DNA of 25,045 bases from a virus (lineage: Duplodnaviria > Caudoviricetes). The notes beneath the pieces are model-generated. The model saw only the letters and a program-made list of their open reading frames with translations. It did no database searches and had not been told where the DNA came from. Made by a program: the position numbers and the translations under genes. Location of the stretch: positions 1 to 25,045 of the IMG/VR virus record IMGVR_UViG_3300012940_000100; one strand, 5' to 3'. Shown one piece after another: positions 16,597 to 24,472 of this stretch. Positions within the stretch are counted from its first letter, which is position 1. Every line of letters starts with the position of its first letter.

Positions 16597-18615
16597 ATGG
16601 TTGATCGCCGTAGCATTAACATAAGCCGGGAGGACCTGGAAGCCCTTTCGCGGCTTGGCTATGCCGAGGCCCGCACGATCAACGATGAGCGCGGTATTCC
16701 GTCCGTCGTGGACGTGGTCACAAACCGGGCTGCAATCGGCGGATGGTGGGGCAGCACGCCTCAGAGCGTCATCAACTCCCCCATGCAGTTTTCGCCGATC
16801 AACGCTGTCAAATCATGGGAGGGTCTTCCGGCCGCGCCCGCAGCCGTTCAGGCACAGGTTGCCAGCCATCTCGCCTCCCAGGCTTTCGGCGCGCCGCAGG
16901 CGGCCCCGGCCGATGCCATCACTGGCTTGCCCTCCACGAGCTTCCTGAACCCGAGCGTCCAGCACACTCAGCACGCCAAGAACACATGGGCGAAGGATTT
17001 CGAGTCTTGGGGGCAGGTCGGACAGGCGCCAAACGCCCATTCCTTCGGCAACCCCGACAATCGCGCGGTGCCGGACTACGGGATCACGCTCGATCCCTCC
17101 ATTCAATCCATGCTCGGAAGCATGTACGGCCCGGGCATCGGCGCGCAGCAAACCCCCGGCTTTGGTCTCGCGCAGCCGATGGATCAGGCGAACAAGGTTT
17201 CGACGGTCAGCACGCCCGCAATCGACACCATGTCCATGATGCCGGGATCTGTTGCGAGCCTCGGGCCGTCGCCGCTCGGCTTCAACCCCGGATACTCGAC
17301 ACCGCCGAGCGTCCAAAGTCTGTCGACGGTCAACACGAATCAGGCGGCGCCGAACGCCTCGCCTCCCGATATGTCGAATCCCATGTCGGTCGGGCAGGCA
17401 ATCTCTTCGCAGATGAACTCGATGCATCCGACGCTTGGCCTTCAGGCACAGGCTCTTGGATTTGGGTTGACGCCGGAAGCTATGGCATCGCTGTCGCAGC
17501 CAAGCTCGCCTGCTACGGTCAATTCGGTGACGACCACAAAAGAGGCGGGTCTTTCACCAAGCCAGATGGCCGGGATGACGCCGGCCGGCCGTATCGATCA
17601 GGCATTCTCGGCGGCCCCCGCTCTCAACGGTATCACTACCGGCAATATGTACGGCGCGCTCGGCCTCCAGAATGCCGCGCAGGCGACGGTCGCGGCCCGC
17701 GATCAGGAGGCGTCACCATCGCAACAGGCTTCCGGAATGACGCCAGACGCCGTTCGCGGCCGTATCGATACGGCGCATTCGCTCGCCCCCGGCCCCAATC
17801 AGTTCGGCGGCTATGGAACTCTGACCGGCCTTTCGCCGTCGCCACCGAGTCCTGCTGCCTCTGTGAACGCACTCGGCCCGGCGAATCCGTCCTCCGCAAC
17901 GGCCTTTGGTGGCCTCGGACTCAACAATGTCGGCATGACCTCGCCGTCGCCGTCCACAAGCGCGGCGATGGCAGGCCCAACGCCGGGCGCTCCGGGCATG
18001 ACGCCTGCAAGGTCGACCGTGGCAGCGCCCCAGGATGTGCAGCCCGGTTTCTCGCAGGCTCCTGCCTCTCTCGGTCTCCCGGGCATCGATACGACGACGG
18101 CGAGCCTCACCAGCCTCGGCTTCGGTGCGCTGTCGCCGGCCGCGAATTTCGGACCCGCTACAGCATTCGGAATGGCAGCCCCAGCGGCTCCCGCGATGGC
18201 CGCACCACAGGCAACTGTCGCTCCCCCGGCCCAGACGCAGCAGCAACAGCAGCAGAAGGCGTCGTCGCAGCCCGCCGCCCCCTCCGTTGCCGCGCCGCAA
18301 AGCCTGACGGCCAATCTCGATTCCGCGCTTGGTGTCGCGGCGGCCATGTCGCAGCAGGCGAAGAACGCCATGGCGGGCATGAACCCGAACGCCAATACGA
18401 AAGCGGATACGACGCCGGGCGGCCAGAAGGGCGGCAATACCGGCAAATCGTCGGGCGGCGGCTCGTCGAGCGGTGCAGGCGCGTCCAAGGGCGGGGGCTC
18501 GTCCACGGACAGCGGCAAGAGCTCCGGCAAGGGCGGCGTCGGAAGCGTCGGCAATAAGGGCGACGGCAGGGGCTTTGGCGGCAAGAGCAAGGGCGACGAC
18601 GGAAGCGCATGGTGA
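16597..18615 (+). CDS. Virion-associated cell-wall hydrolase (SleB/Hydrolase_2-like N-domain) with a long low-complexity tail
   Basis: DLEALSRLGYAEAR...VVDVVTNR...QFS motif with candidate catalytic Glu; the remaining ~500 aa are P/S/A/G/Q-rich with a G/S/K tail. Confidence 0.8.
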   Translation: MVDRRSINISREDLEALSRLGYAEARTINDERGIPSVVDVVTNRAAIGGWWGSTPQSVINSPMQFSPINAVKSWEGLPAAPAAVQAQVASHLASQAFGAPQAAPADAITGLPSTSFLNPSVQHTQHAKNTWAKDFESWGQVGQAPNAHSFGNPDNRAVPDYGITLDPSIQSMLGSMYGPGIGAQQTPGFGLAQPMDQANKVSTVSTPAIDTMSMMPGSVASLGPSPLGFNPGYSTPPSVQSLSTVNTNQAAPNASPPDMSNPMSVGQAISSQMNSMHPTLGLQAQALGFGLTPEAMASLSQPSSPATVNSVTTTKEAGLSPSQMAGMTPAGRIDQAFSAAPALNGITTGNMYGALGLQNAAQATVAARDQEASPSQQASGMTPDAVRGRIDTAHSLAPGPNQFGGYGTLTGLSPSPPSPAASVNALGPANPSSATAFGGLGLNNVGMTSPSPSTSAAMAGPTPGAPGMTPARSTVAAPQDVQPGFSQAPASLGLPGIDTTTASLTSLGFGALSPAANFGPATAFGMAAPAAPAMAAPQATVAPPAQTQQQQQQKASSQPAAPSVAAPQSLTANLDSALGVAAAMSQQAKNAMAGMNPNANTKADTTPGGQKGGNTGKSSGGGSSSGAGASKGGGSSTDSGKSSGKGGVGSVGNKGDGRGFGGKSKGDDGSAW

Positions 18616-18624
18616 GGTAGGACT

Positions 18625-19761
18625 ATGGGAATCTGGGACTGGTCGAAAACGGCAGGCGATAACGGGAGCATTGATCCCGACATCAATTTTGCCGAAGGAC
18701 AGGCGCCATCGACGATCAACAACTCGGCCCGCGCCCTGATGGCGGCTGAGGCGGAATACCGCGACGATACAGGCGGCGCGCTTGTCACGGGCGGATCGTC
18801 GAACGCCTATACGCTGACGACGAATTCCGGGCTGTCCGCTCTGGCGGACGGCGTTCGGATTCATATCGTGGCCAATCACTCCAACACGGGCGAGGCCACG
18901 ATCAATGTGGATTCGCTCGGCGCACAAAGCATCCGCAAGGTGGACGCGACCGGGGATGTCGCGCTCGGCTCCGGCGATATGGTGGCGAACGGCCACTACA
19001 TTCTCGAGTGGGATGAGAGCGCGAATTCCGCGGCAGGAGCGTTCATCCTGCTCAATCCGGTGCCAATCGCGCCTCCCGATATTGGCGGCACGCTGGCAGG
19101 GGCCTCCGCCAAGACAACGCCGGTTGATGCGGACACCATTCCGCTTTCCGATAGCGCGGCCTCGAATGCGCTGAAGAAAGTCACGTGGGCCAATGTAAAG
19201 GCAACGCTGAAAGCCTACTTCGATACGATCTACCAGCCCGTGAATACAAAGCTCTCATCCCTTGCGGGGCTGAGCGGCACGAATGGCAAATATCTTCGTT
19301 TCGGGGCCGGAGGGGGCCTCGAGGAGGCTGATGTCCCCAGCCCGACGCTCACATCGCTCGGCGTGAGCGCCTTCGCGCAGACCCTGCTCGACGACGCCAA
19401 CGCGGCCGCTGCGCGGGCCACGCTCGGGGTGCAGCAGGCTTTCGGGAACGCTGTTGCGACAACGAGCGTGCAGGTCGACGCAGGGGCGAATTACCAGAAC
19501 ACATCAGGATACCCGCAGCTATTCAATGAAGGAACATTGCGCCCAATGGCAGTGGCGCCTTCCTCCACGTCGTTTGCGCTCCAGCGATCTCATAACGGCT
19601 CGTCGTGGCATACCATTTGGGAGGCGGTCGGGACCTCATCCTCCAATCAAACTGAATCGACGCCCGCCTTCATTCTACCGGCCGGGCATTACCTCCGCAC
19701 CCTGCGCACGACGGGAAGTGCGAGCATTACTCCGAGATTCACAGCAAGGGTTACGTATTGA
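18625..19761 (+). CDS. Tail fibre protein
   Basis: N-terminal WSxTAxxN...EGxAPSxxNNSARALMA attachment pattern; KTTPVDAD and LLDDANAAAARATLG shaft motifs; beta-rich tip. Confidence 0.88.
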   Translation: MGIWDWSKTAGDNGSIDPDINFAEGQAPSTINNSARALMAAEAEYRDDTGGALVTGGSSNAYTLTTNSGLSALADGVRIHIVANHSNTGEATINVDSLGAQSIRKVDATGDVALGSGDMVANGHYILEWDESANSAAGAFILLNPVPIAPPDIGGTLAGASAKTTPVDADTIPLSDSAASNALKKVTWANVKATLKAYFDTIYQPVNTKLSSLAGLSGTNGKYLRFGAGGGLEEADVPSPTLTSLGVSAFAQTLLDDANAAAARATLGVQQAFGNAVATTSVQVDAGANYQNTSGYPQLFNEGTLRPMAVAPSSTSFALQRSHNGSSWHTIWEAVGTSSSNQTESTPAFILPAGHYLRTLRTTGSASITPRFTARVTY

Positions 19762-20258
19762 TGACCATGATCGCCCAGATGCACCCCGCAATCGGATACG
19801 TCGAGACCGACTATCCCGGCGAGGGCTTGCCTCCCGGATGGGACGAGCAGCATATCGTCCCTGTCCGGCCGTCACCCTATCATGTCTGGCAGGACGGCGC
19901 GTGGGTCGACGCCGGGATTCCGGCTGACGTGCTGAAAGCCTACGCCGCTGACGCGCGCTACAGGGCCGAGACCGGCGGGCTGACCATCAACGGCCAGACC
20001 ATTGCCACCGACCGGGAGAGCCAGACTCTCATCACTGGTGCGTACAATCTGGCGCTTCAGGACCCCAATCTCACGATCAACTGGAAAACCGGCGCGGGCT
20101 TCGTCCAGATCGACGCACCGACGATGATCGCCATCGCCACGGCCGTGGCCCAGCACGTTCAGTCCTGCTTTACGAAAGAGGCCGAGGTCGTGGCGGACAT
20201 CGAGGGCGGGACCATCACGACCTACGCCCAGGTCGACGCTGCTTTCGCCACGCTCTGA
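19761..20258 (+). CDS. Tail fibre assembly chaperone (DUF4376-like)
   Basis: RPSPYHVWQDGAW, TDRESQ, WKT, HVQSCF motifs; coupled to the fibre gene. Confidence 0.85.
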   Translation: MTMIAQMHPAIGYVETDYPGEGLPPGWDEQHIVPVRPSPYHVWQDGAWVDAGIPADVLKAYAADARYRAETGGLTINGQTIATDRESQTLITGAYNLALQDPNLTINWKTGAGFVQIDAPTMIAIATAVAQHVQSCFTKEAEVVADIEGGTITTYAQVDAAFATL

Positions 20259-20305
20259 CCGTCGCCGGCACGGTAATAGCGCCTCACATTTCATAAGGAC
20301 AATCC

Positions 20306-20362
20306 ATGCCTATCAACCGCAAAACCTTTTTCGCGTATGTATCTTGTATGGTGGGAGTATAA
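20306..20362 (+). pseudogene. Probable 5' stump of a displaced endolysin gene (MPINRKTFFAYVSCMVGV*)
   Basis: AAGGAC RBS and ATG at the expected lysin position; NRKTFFAYV recalls lysin N-termini in related prophages (from memory, unverified); sequence turns AT-rich after codon ~11. Confidence 0.5.
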
Positions 20363-20377
20363 TTATACATATAGAAG

Positions 20378-21022
20378 ATGAAGAGCGAAGATTGGATTGG
20401 CCGCAAAAGCGGCGCGCTTACGATAGTTGAATTCGATGGCTTAAGGTCGTCCGGGCGTGGAAAGGCCGCTTACTTCCGATTCCGATGCGATTGCGGGAAA
20501 GAGTTCACGGCGCAGAAATCCAACATTTGGGGAAAGAAGATTGATTGCGGGCACTCGAAGCCCGCTAAAGACTACTCCGCCCCTGACGGCGCGACCTCCG
20601 ATCCTGTGCACAAAGTCTGGTGGCATATGATCGACAGGTGCGAGAACAGTAGGAACAGTTCATTCAAGAACTATGGGGCTAGGGGCATTAGAGTTTGCCG
20701 GCGTTGGAAAACGGGTGACGGCATTAAGACGGGTTATGAGTGTTTCTTGTCCGATATGGGGCCAAGGCAGCGCGGGATGACTATCGAACGGGTTCAGCGG
20801 GACGGCAATTACGAGCCTGGAAACTGTGTGTGGCTGCCTAAGGGTGATCAATCAAAGAACAGGCGGGGGGTGCGCCTCGTTCGGATCGGAGATCAAGTAA
20901 AGACCATACCCGACTGGTGCGCGATAACTGGCATAGATTACTGGACTGCGATCAGGCGGGTAGCACGTGGATGGCCTCCCGACAAAGCGGTTACAGAGCC
21001 AATTAGAAAGAGGGTCGCTTAG
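20378..21022 (+). CDS. HNH-family (homing-type) endonuclease
   Basis: CDCG...CG N-domain, WxxMxxRC, YGARGIRVCxRW, FLSDMG, TIER...DGNYEPGNCVW, C-terminal HTH-like segment; lower GC than flanks. Confidence 0.85.
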   Translation: MKSEDWIGRKSGALTIVEFDGLRSSGRGKAAYFRFRCDCGKEFTAQKSNIWGKKIDCGHSKPAKDYSAPDGATSDPVHKVWWHMIDRCENSRNSSFKNYGARGIRVCRRWKTGDGIKTGYECFLSDMGPRQRGMTIERVQRDGNYEPGNCVWLPKGDQSKNRRGVRLVRIGDQVKTIPDWCAITGIDYWTAIRRVARGWPPDKAVTEPIRKRVA

Positions 21023-21034
21023 GCGGCCCTTTTT
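21008..21034 (+). terminator. Rho-independent terminator overlapping the HNH stop codon
   Basis: agggtcgc-ttag-gcggccct followed by TTTT. Confidence 0.75.
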
Positions 21035-21057
21035 ATTATCCAAAACAGGAGAATAGA

Positions 21058-21705
21058 ATGACCCGACGCATAAACGCGGAGGGCCTTGCCCATATCAAAC
21101 GATGGGAAGGTCTTCGCTTGTCCGCTTACAAGGATGTAGTGGGTATCTGGACGATTGGCTATGGCTCGACCGGCACGCACGTAAAGCCCGGCATGAAGAT
21201 CACGGAGGCGCAGGCTGAGAAGCTATTGCGCGATGATCTCGACCGTTTTGAGAAGTCGGTTGAACGGAGCGTCAAAGTTCCTCTCACAGACAATCAGTTC
21301 GCCGCACTGGTTTCATTCGCTTTCAATGTCGGCACGGGGGCATTCGAACGCTCCACGCTTCTAAAGAAGCTGAATGCCGGTGATTACGACGCCGTTCCCG
21401 GCCAGCTTATGCGGTGGGTGAACGCGGGCGGCAAGAAAGTGCAGGGCCTCGTAAACCGCCGCGCGGCTGAAGGCGGCCTATGGGCCAAGGGATCGTTCGT
21501 CTCGTCCAAGGATATTCAGGCCAAGCCCGAAGCCGACCCCGTTGTGACGAAAGAGAATGTGTCTTGGCTGGCAGGCATCCTGTCCATGCTAGGTGCGATG
21601 TTCACGGGCGAGGGGCCGGTACAGTACGCATTGGCGGCTGTGATCGTGGCTGCCTTCGTCGTGGGCGGCTATCTCTTCATCAAGAAGAGGGTTCTCCCTG
21701 CATGA
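21058..21705 (+). CDS. Endolysin, GH24 phage lysozyme with two C-terminal hydrophobic helices
   Basis: E-x8-D-x5-T triad (EGLRLSAYKDVVGIWTIGYG), QFAALVSFAFNVG, GLVNRRAAE; AGGAG RBS. Confidence 0.95.
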   Translation: MTRRINAEGLAHIKRWEGLRLSAYKDVVGIWTIGYGSTGTHVKPGMKITEAQAEKLLRDDLDRFEKSVERSVKVPLTDNQFAALVSFAFNVGTGAFERSTLLKKLNAGDYDAVPGQLMRWVNAGGKKVQGLVNRRAAEGGLWAKGSFVSSKDIQAKPEADPVVTKENVSWLAGILSMLGAMFTGEGPVQYALAAVIVAAFVVGGYLFIKKRVLPA

Positions 21706-22085
21706 TGGCAATCCTCAAACTCATCCTTGGCTGGTTCACGGGCGGCGTCCTCGACCGGATACTCGATACCGTGGACAAGCGGTTTGACAACGAGACCGAA
21801 CGCGAGCGGATCAAGGGCGAGATCGTCAAGGAATATCTGCACGCGCAGTCGCAATATCTGAGCGGGAGGGCATGGTTCTTCCCGCTCTTTTTTGTCGTGC
21901 CGCTCGGCGTCTGGTTCGCGGGCGTGTGTCTGTATTCCCTGTTCCTGTGCAGGCGCTGCATCTACCCGGTTTCATGGGAGATCGCCGCCCTTCCGTCTCC
22001 GCTGGATGAATGGGCGGGCGTCATCATCGGCGGCCTGTTCCTTGGCGCGGGAATCCCCTCGATCATGAGAGGGCTGCGGAAATGA
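21702..22085 (+). CDS. Holin-like membrane protein (127 aa)
   Basis: ATGA coupling; amphipathic N-terminus, two TM segments, basic C-terminus; follows the lysin. Confidence 0.7.
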   Translation: MMAILKLILGWFTGGVLDRILDTVDKRFDNETERERIKGEIVKEYLHAQSQYLSGRAWFFPLFFVVPLGVWFAGVCLYSLFLCRRCIYPVSWEIAALPSPLDEWAGVIIGGLFLGAGIPSIMRGLRK

Positions 22086-22300
22086 CACGCACCGAACAGG
22101 AACGTCTCGCGGTCCTTGAAACGAAAGTCGAGCACCTGAACAGGCAGGTTGACGACATGAGCCGGAAGGTAACGGCCATGCACGATCTTCTGATGCAGGC
22201 GCGCGGTGCCCGGTGGGTCATCATCGCAGCCGCAGCGGTCGGAGGCTTCGTCGCCTCCAAGCTTCCCGCGCTCGCTTCATGGTTTCCGTTCCCGCGATGA
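22082..22300 (+). CDS. Coiled-coil plus C-terminal TM protein (72 aa), lysis accessory
   Basis: ERLAVLETKVEHL heptads then WVIIAAAAVGGFVA; ATGA coupling. Confidence 0.75.
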   Translation: MTRTEQERLAVLETKVEHLNRQVDDMSRKVTAMHDLLMQARGARWVIIAAAAVGGFVASKLPALASWFPFPR

Positions 22301-22929
22301 TGAAGCGATCCTTCCCCGCGCTTCTCTTCCCCGTCTATCTTCTTCTCATTCTTGTCTTCCCGGTCGCGGCCAACCCGCCCCGGGCGCAGTCCTCGGTCAT
22401 GGTCTTCCATGAGAGCGGGCACGGCTCCGGCGTTCATATCGGACAGGGAATCATCCTGACCGCCGCGCATGTCGTCCCACGGGATAACCACGTTTCCGTG
22501 ATGACGACGACCGGACAGGAAATACGGGCGGATGTTATATTCATCGACCGTGAATATGACGTTGCGGCACTCCGCGTGGTCGGCCATTCGGGCATGATGT
22601 CCAGCCGCATATCATGCCGGGTGCCTGATATAGGCGAGCATATCGTCACGACGGGAAACCCGGCGAATCTCAAATTCGTCACGATCTGGGGCCGCGTGTC
22701 CGGTCCACTTCAATCCATAAAGCTCATCAAGGAAGTCATCGTGACCGACATGACGACCATCCCCGGCATGTCGGGAGGCGGCGTCCTCGACCGATGGGGC
22801 CGCGTTGTCGGGACGGTTTCCGCCGTGATGACAGCCCCGATGTTCGGGGTCCCGCTTGCCATCGGATATGTGGTGCCAGCCGCCACGTCCTGCGAACTGC
22901 TGAAACGAAGCGGAGTGCTGAAAGGATGA
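22297..22929 (+). CDS. Exported trypsin-like (S1) serine protease
   Basis: Signal peptide MMKRSFPALLF...VAA; GSG, LTAAHVV (His), DVAAL (Asp), PGMSGGGV (Ser). Confidence 0.92.
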   Translation: MMKRSFPALLFPVYLLLILVFPVAANPPRAQSSVMVFHESGHGSGVHIGQGIILTAAHVVPRDNHVSVMTTTGQEIRADVIFIDREYDVAALRVVGHSGMMSSRISCRVPDIGEHIVTTGNPANLKFVTIWGRVSGPLQSIKLIKEVIVTDMTTIPGMSGGGVLDRWGRVVGTVSAVMTAPMFGVPLAIGYVVPAATSCELLKRSGVLKG

Positions 22930-23933
22930 AAAGCCGTATCGAGGAGTACAGAAGGGCCGTCGCCCAGACCGGCAGCAACTACGCCGCCGCGAAGCTGCTC
23001 GGCGTCAACGAAAGCACGATCCGCAGGGCGATGCAGCGTCATGGGCTCTCCCAGTCCGCGCCCGGCGTCGAAATGCCGGACTTCCCCGATGACGATATTC
23101 CCGTCGAGGAAATCATAGCGCTGCAAGCCAAACGCTATATCCAGCGCAAGCAGTCGCACGACGCGCACACATGGTTCCCGGTAAAGGTCACGGACAAAAA
23201 GCCGGTCGGCATCCTGTGGTTTGGCGATCCGCATCTTGACGACAACGGCGCGGACTGGCCGACGCTGACGAAGCACATCGATCTCTGCAAGACCACGGAT
23301 GGCCTCTATGGCGCGAACATAGGCGACACGACCAATAACTGGGCCGGCAGGCTCGTGCGGCTCTATGCCAATCAGGACACATCGGTAAAGACCGCCCGGA
23401 GGCTGGCCGAATGGTTCATGGTCGATTCCGGCGTGACGTGGCTTGTCTGGCTGATCGGCAACCACGACGCATGGGGCGACGGCGCGGACATTCTGGCGCG
23501 CATGGCGAAAACCCATGGGACGCAGAAACTGGTCTGTCATGACTGGGAGGCGCGGTTCCGCCTGACCTTCCCCGGAGGATGGGAGCCGAAAATCTACGCG
23601 GCCCATGATTTTCCGGGGCATTCGCAATGGAACCCGCTCCATGGCCCCATGAAGGCCGGGCAGATGGGGCAGGAAGCCGATCTGTATGTCTGCGGGCACA
23701 AGCACAACGCCGCCTATTTCACATTCCCGAACGCCGCCCGTGGCGGGCGCGAGCAGCATTTCCTGCGCCTGAGAGGCTACAAGGGCATGGACGATCACAC
23801 GCGCCGCCTCGGCATTGTCGAGCAGGACTGCGAGGGCGGGGCGCTCACGATCTTCGTTCCCGAGAAACAGAAGATCCTCGTCTTCCCCGACGTGGAGGAA
23901 GGCGCGGACTATCTCAAATGGCTGCGCCGGTAA
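22926..23933 (+). CDS. N-terminal HTH plus calcineurin-like metallophosphoesterase (335 aa)
   Basis: AAAKLLGVNESTIRR HTH; motifs GDPH, GDTTN, GNHD, AH, GHKH; ATG 22926 with AAGG RBS. Confidence 0.9.
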   Translation: MKSRIEEYRRAVAQTGSNYAAAKLLGVNESTIRRAMQRHGLSQSAPGVEMPDFPDDDIPVEEIIALQAKRYIQRKQSHDAHTWFPVKVTDKKPVGILWFGDPHLDDNGADWPTLTKHIDLCKTTDGLYGANIGDTTNNWAGRLVRLYANQDTSVKTARRLAEWFMVDSGVTWLVWLIGNHDAWGDGADILARMAKTHGTQKLVCHDWEARFRLTFPGGWEPKIYAAHDFPGHSQWNPLHGPMKAGQMGQEADLYVCGHKHNAAYFTFPNAARGGREQHFLRLRGYKGMDDHTRRLGIVEQDCEGGALTIFVPEKQKILVFPDVEEGADYLKWLRR

Positions 23934-23949
23934 GGCGGAGCATCCCCGA

Positions 23950-24201
23950 ATGGCTGATCCGTCATATCCGGGAACTCGGGCAGGCATGGTCGTTCCTGCT
24001 GTGAAGGAGCGCTTTCTCGTCGAAACCGCGCCGTGCGTGAAGCACGAGATGGAAGTGGACCACTACTTCATCTGCCGGGGCGTCCGGTTTGCCGTCCTGT
24101 TCCGCCTTCATCATGGGCATCCGATCACCGAAACGCGGGAAGTCTCGCTCCTTGAGCCGATTCCCGACGATCATGAAAGCGAGTGGGAAGATGAACGATA
24201 G
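23950..24201 (+). CDS. Hypothetical protein (83 aa)
   Basis: GGAG RBS before ATG 23950; fills the operon gap. Confidence 0.6.
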   Translation: MADPSYPGTRAGMVVPAVKERFLVETAPCVKHEMEVDHYFICRGVRFAVLFRLHHGHPITETREVSLLEPIPDDHESEWEDER

Positions 24202-24469
24202 GCCGAAGGTCATCACCCTGCGGGGCGACCCCGTCCCGGTCGAGCCCGACGAGCCGGACGAAGATGTCATCGGCGCGATTGAAGGCCTGCTGGAAGACGC
24301 CCGCTCCGGCGACCTGCGCGGCATCGTCTTTGTCTCCGCGCACCGGAACGAGCGCTACATGTCCGACACAATCGGCGCGGTCATCGCCCCGGACACCATC
24401 GGCATGCTCTACGTGGTCCTGCAGGGCATGGTGGCGCAGATGATTGCCGATTGCGCCGGCGAGGCCTGA
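24191..24469 (+). CDS. Hypothetical acidic protein (92 aa)
   Basis: Overlaps the upstream stop; VIxxxExLLExARSGxxRG pattern; phage-like codon usage. Confidence 0.75.
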   Translation: MNDRPKVITLRGDPVPVEPDEPDEDVIGAIEGLLEDARSGDLRGIVFVSAHRNERYMSDTIGAVIAPDTIGMLYVVLQGMVAQMIADCAGEA

Positions 24470-24472
24470 GGG

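Noticed and set aside
16743-18996. Long overlapping alternative-frame ORFs (16743..18557 +, 17713..18996 -, 17811..18788 -)
   Set aside because: By-products of the low-complexity P/S/A/G coding frame; Arg-rich or poly-Cys shadows with no RBS
18625-20258. Diversity-generating retroelement or invertible tail-fibre cassette
   Set aside because: No reverse transcriptase, invertase, template repeat or duplicate fibre tip seen in the window
20340-21057. Group I intron carrying the HNH gene inside the lysin
   Set aside because: Too little non-coding sequence for a ribozyme core, and the downstream lysozyme is complete with its own RBS and start
22710-23987. 425-aa minus-strand ORF
   Set aside because: Antisense shadow of the protease and metallophosphoesterase genes
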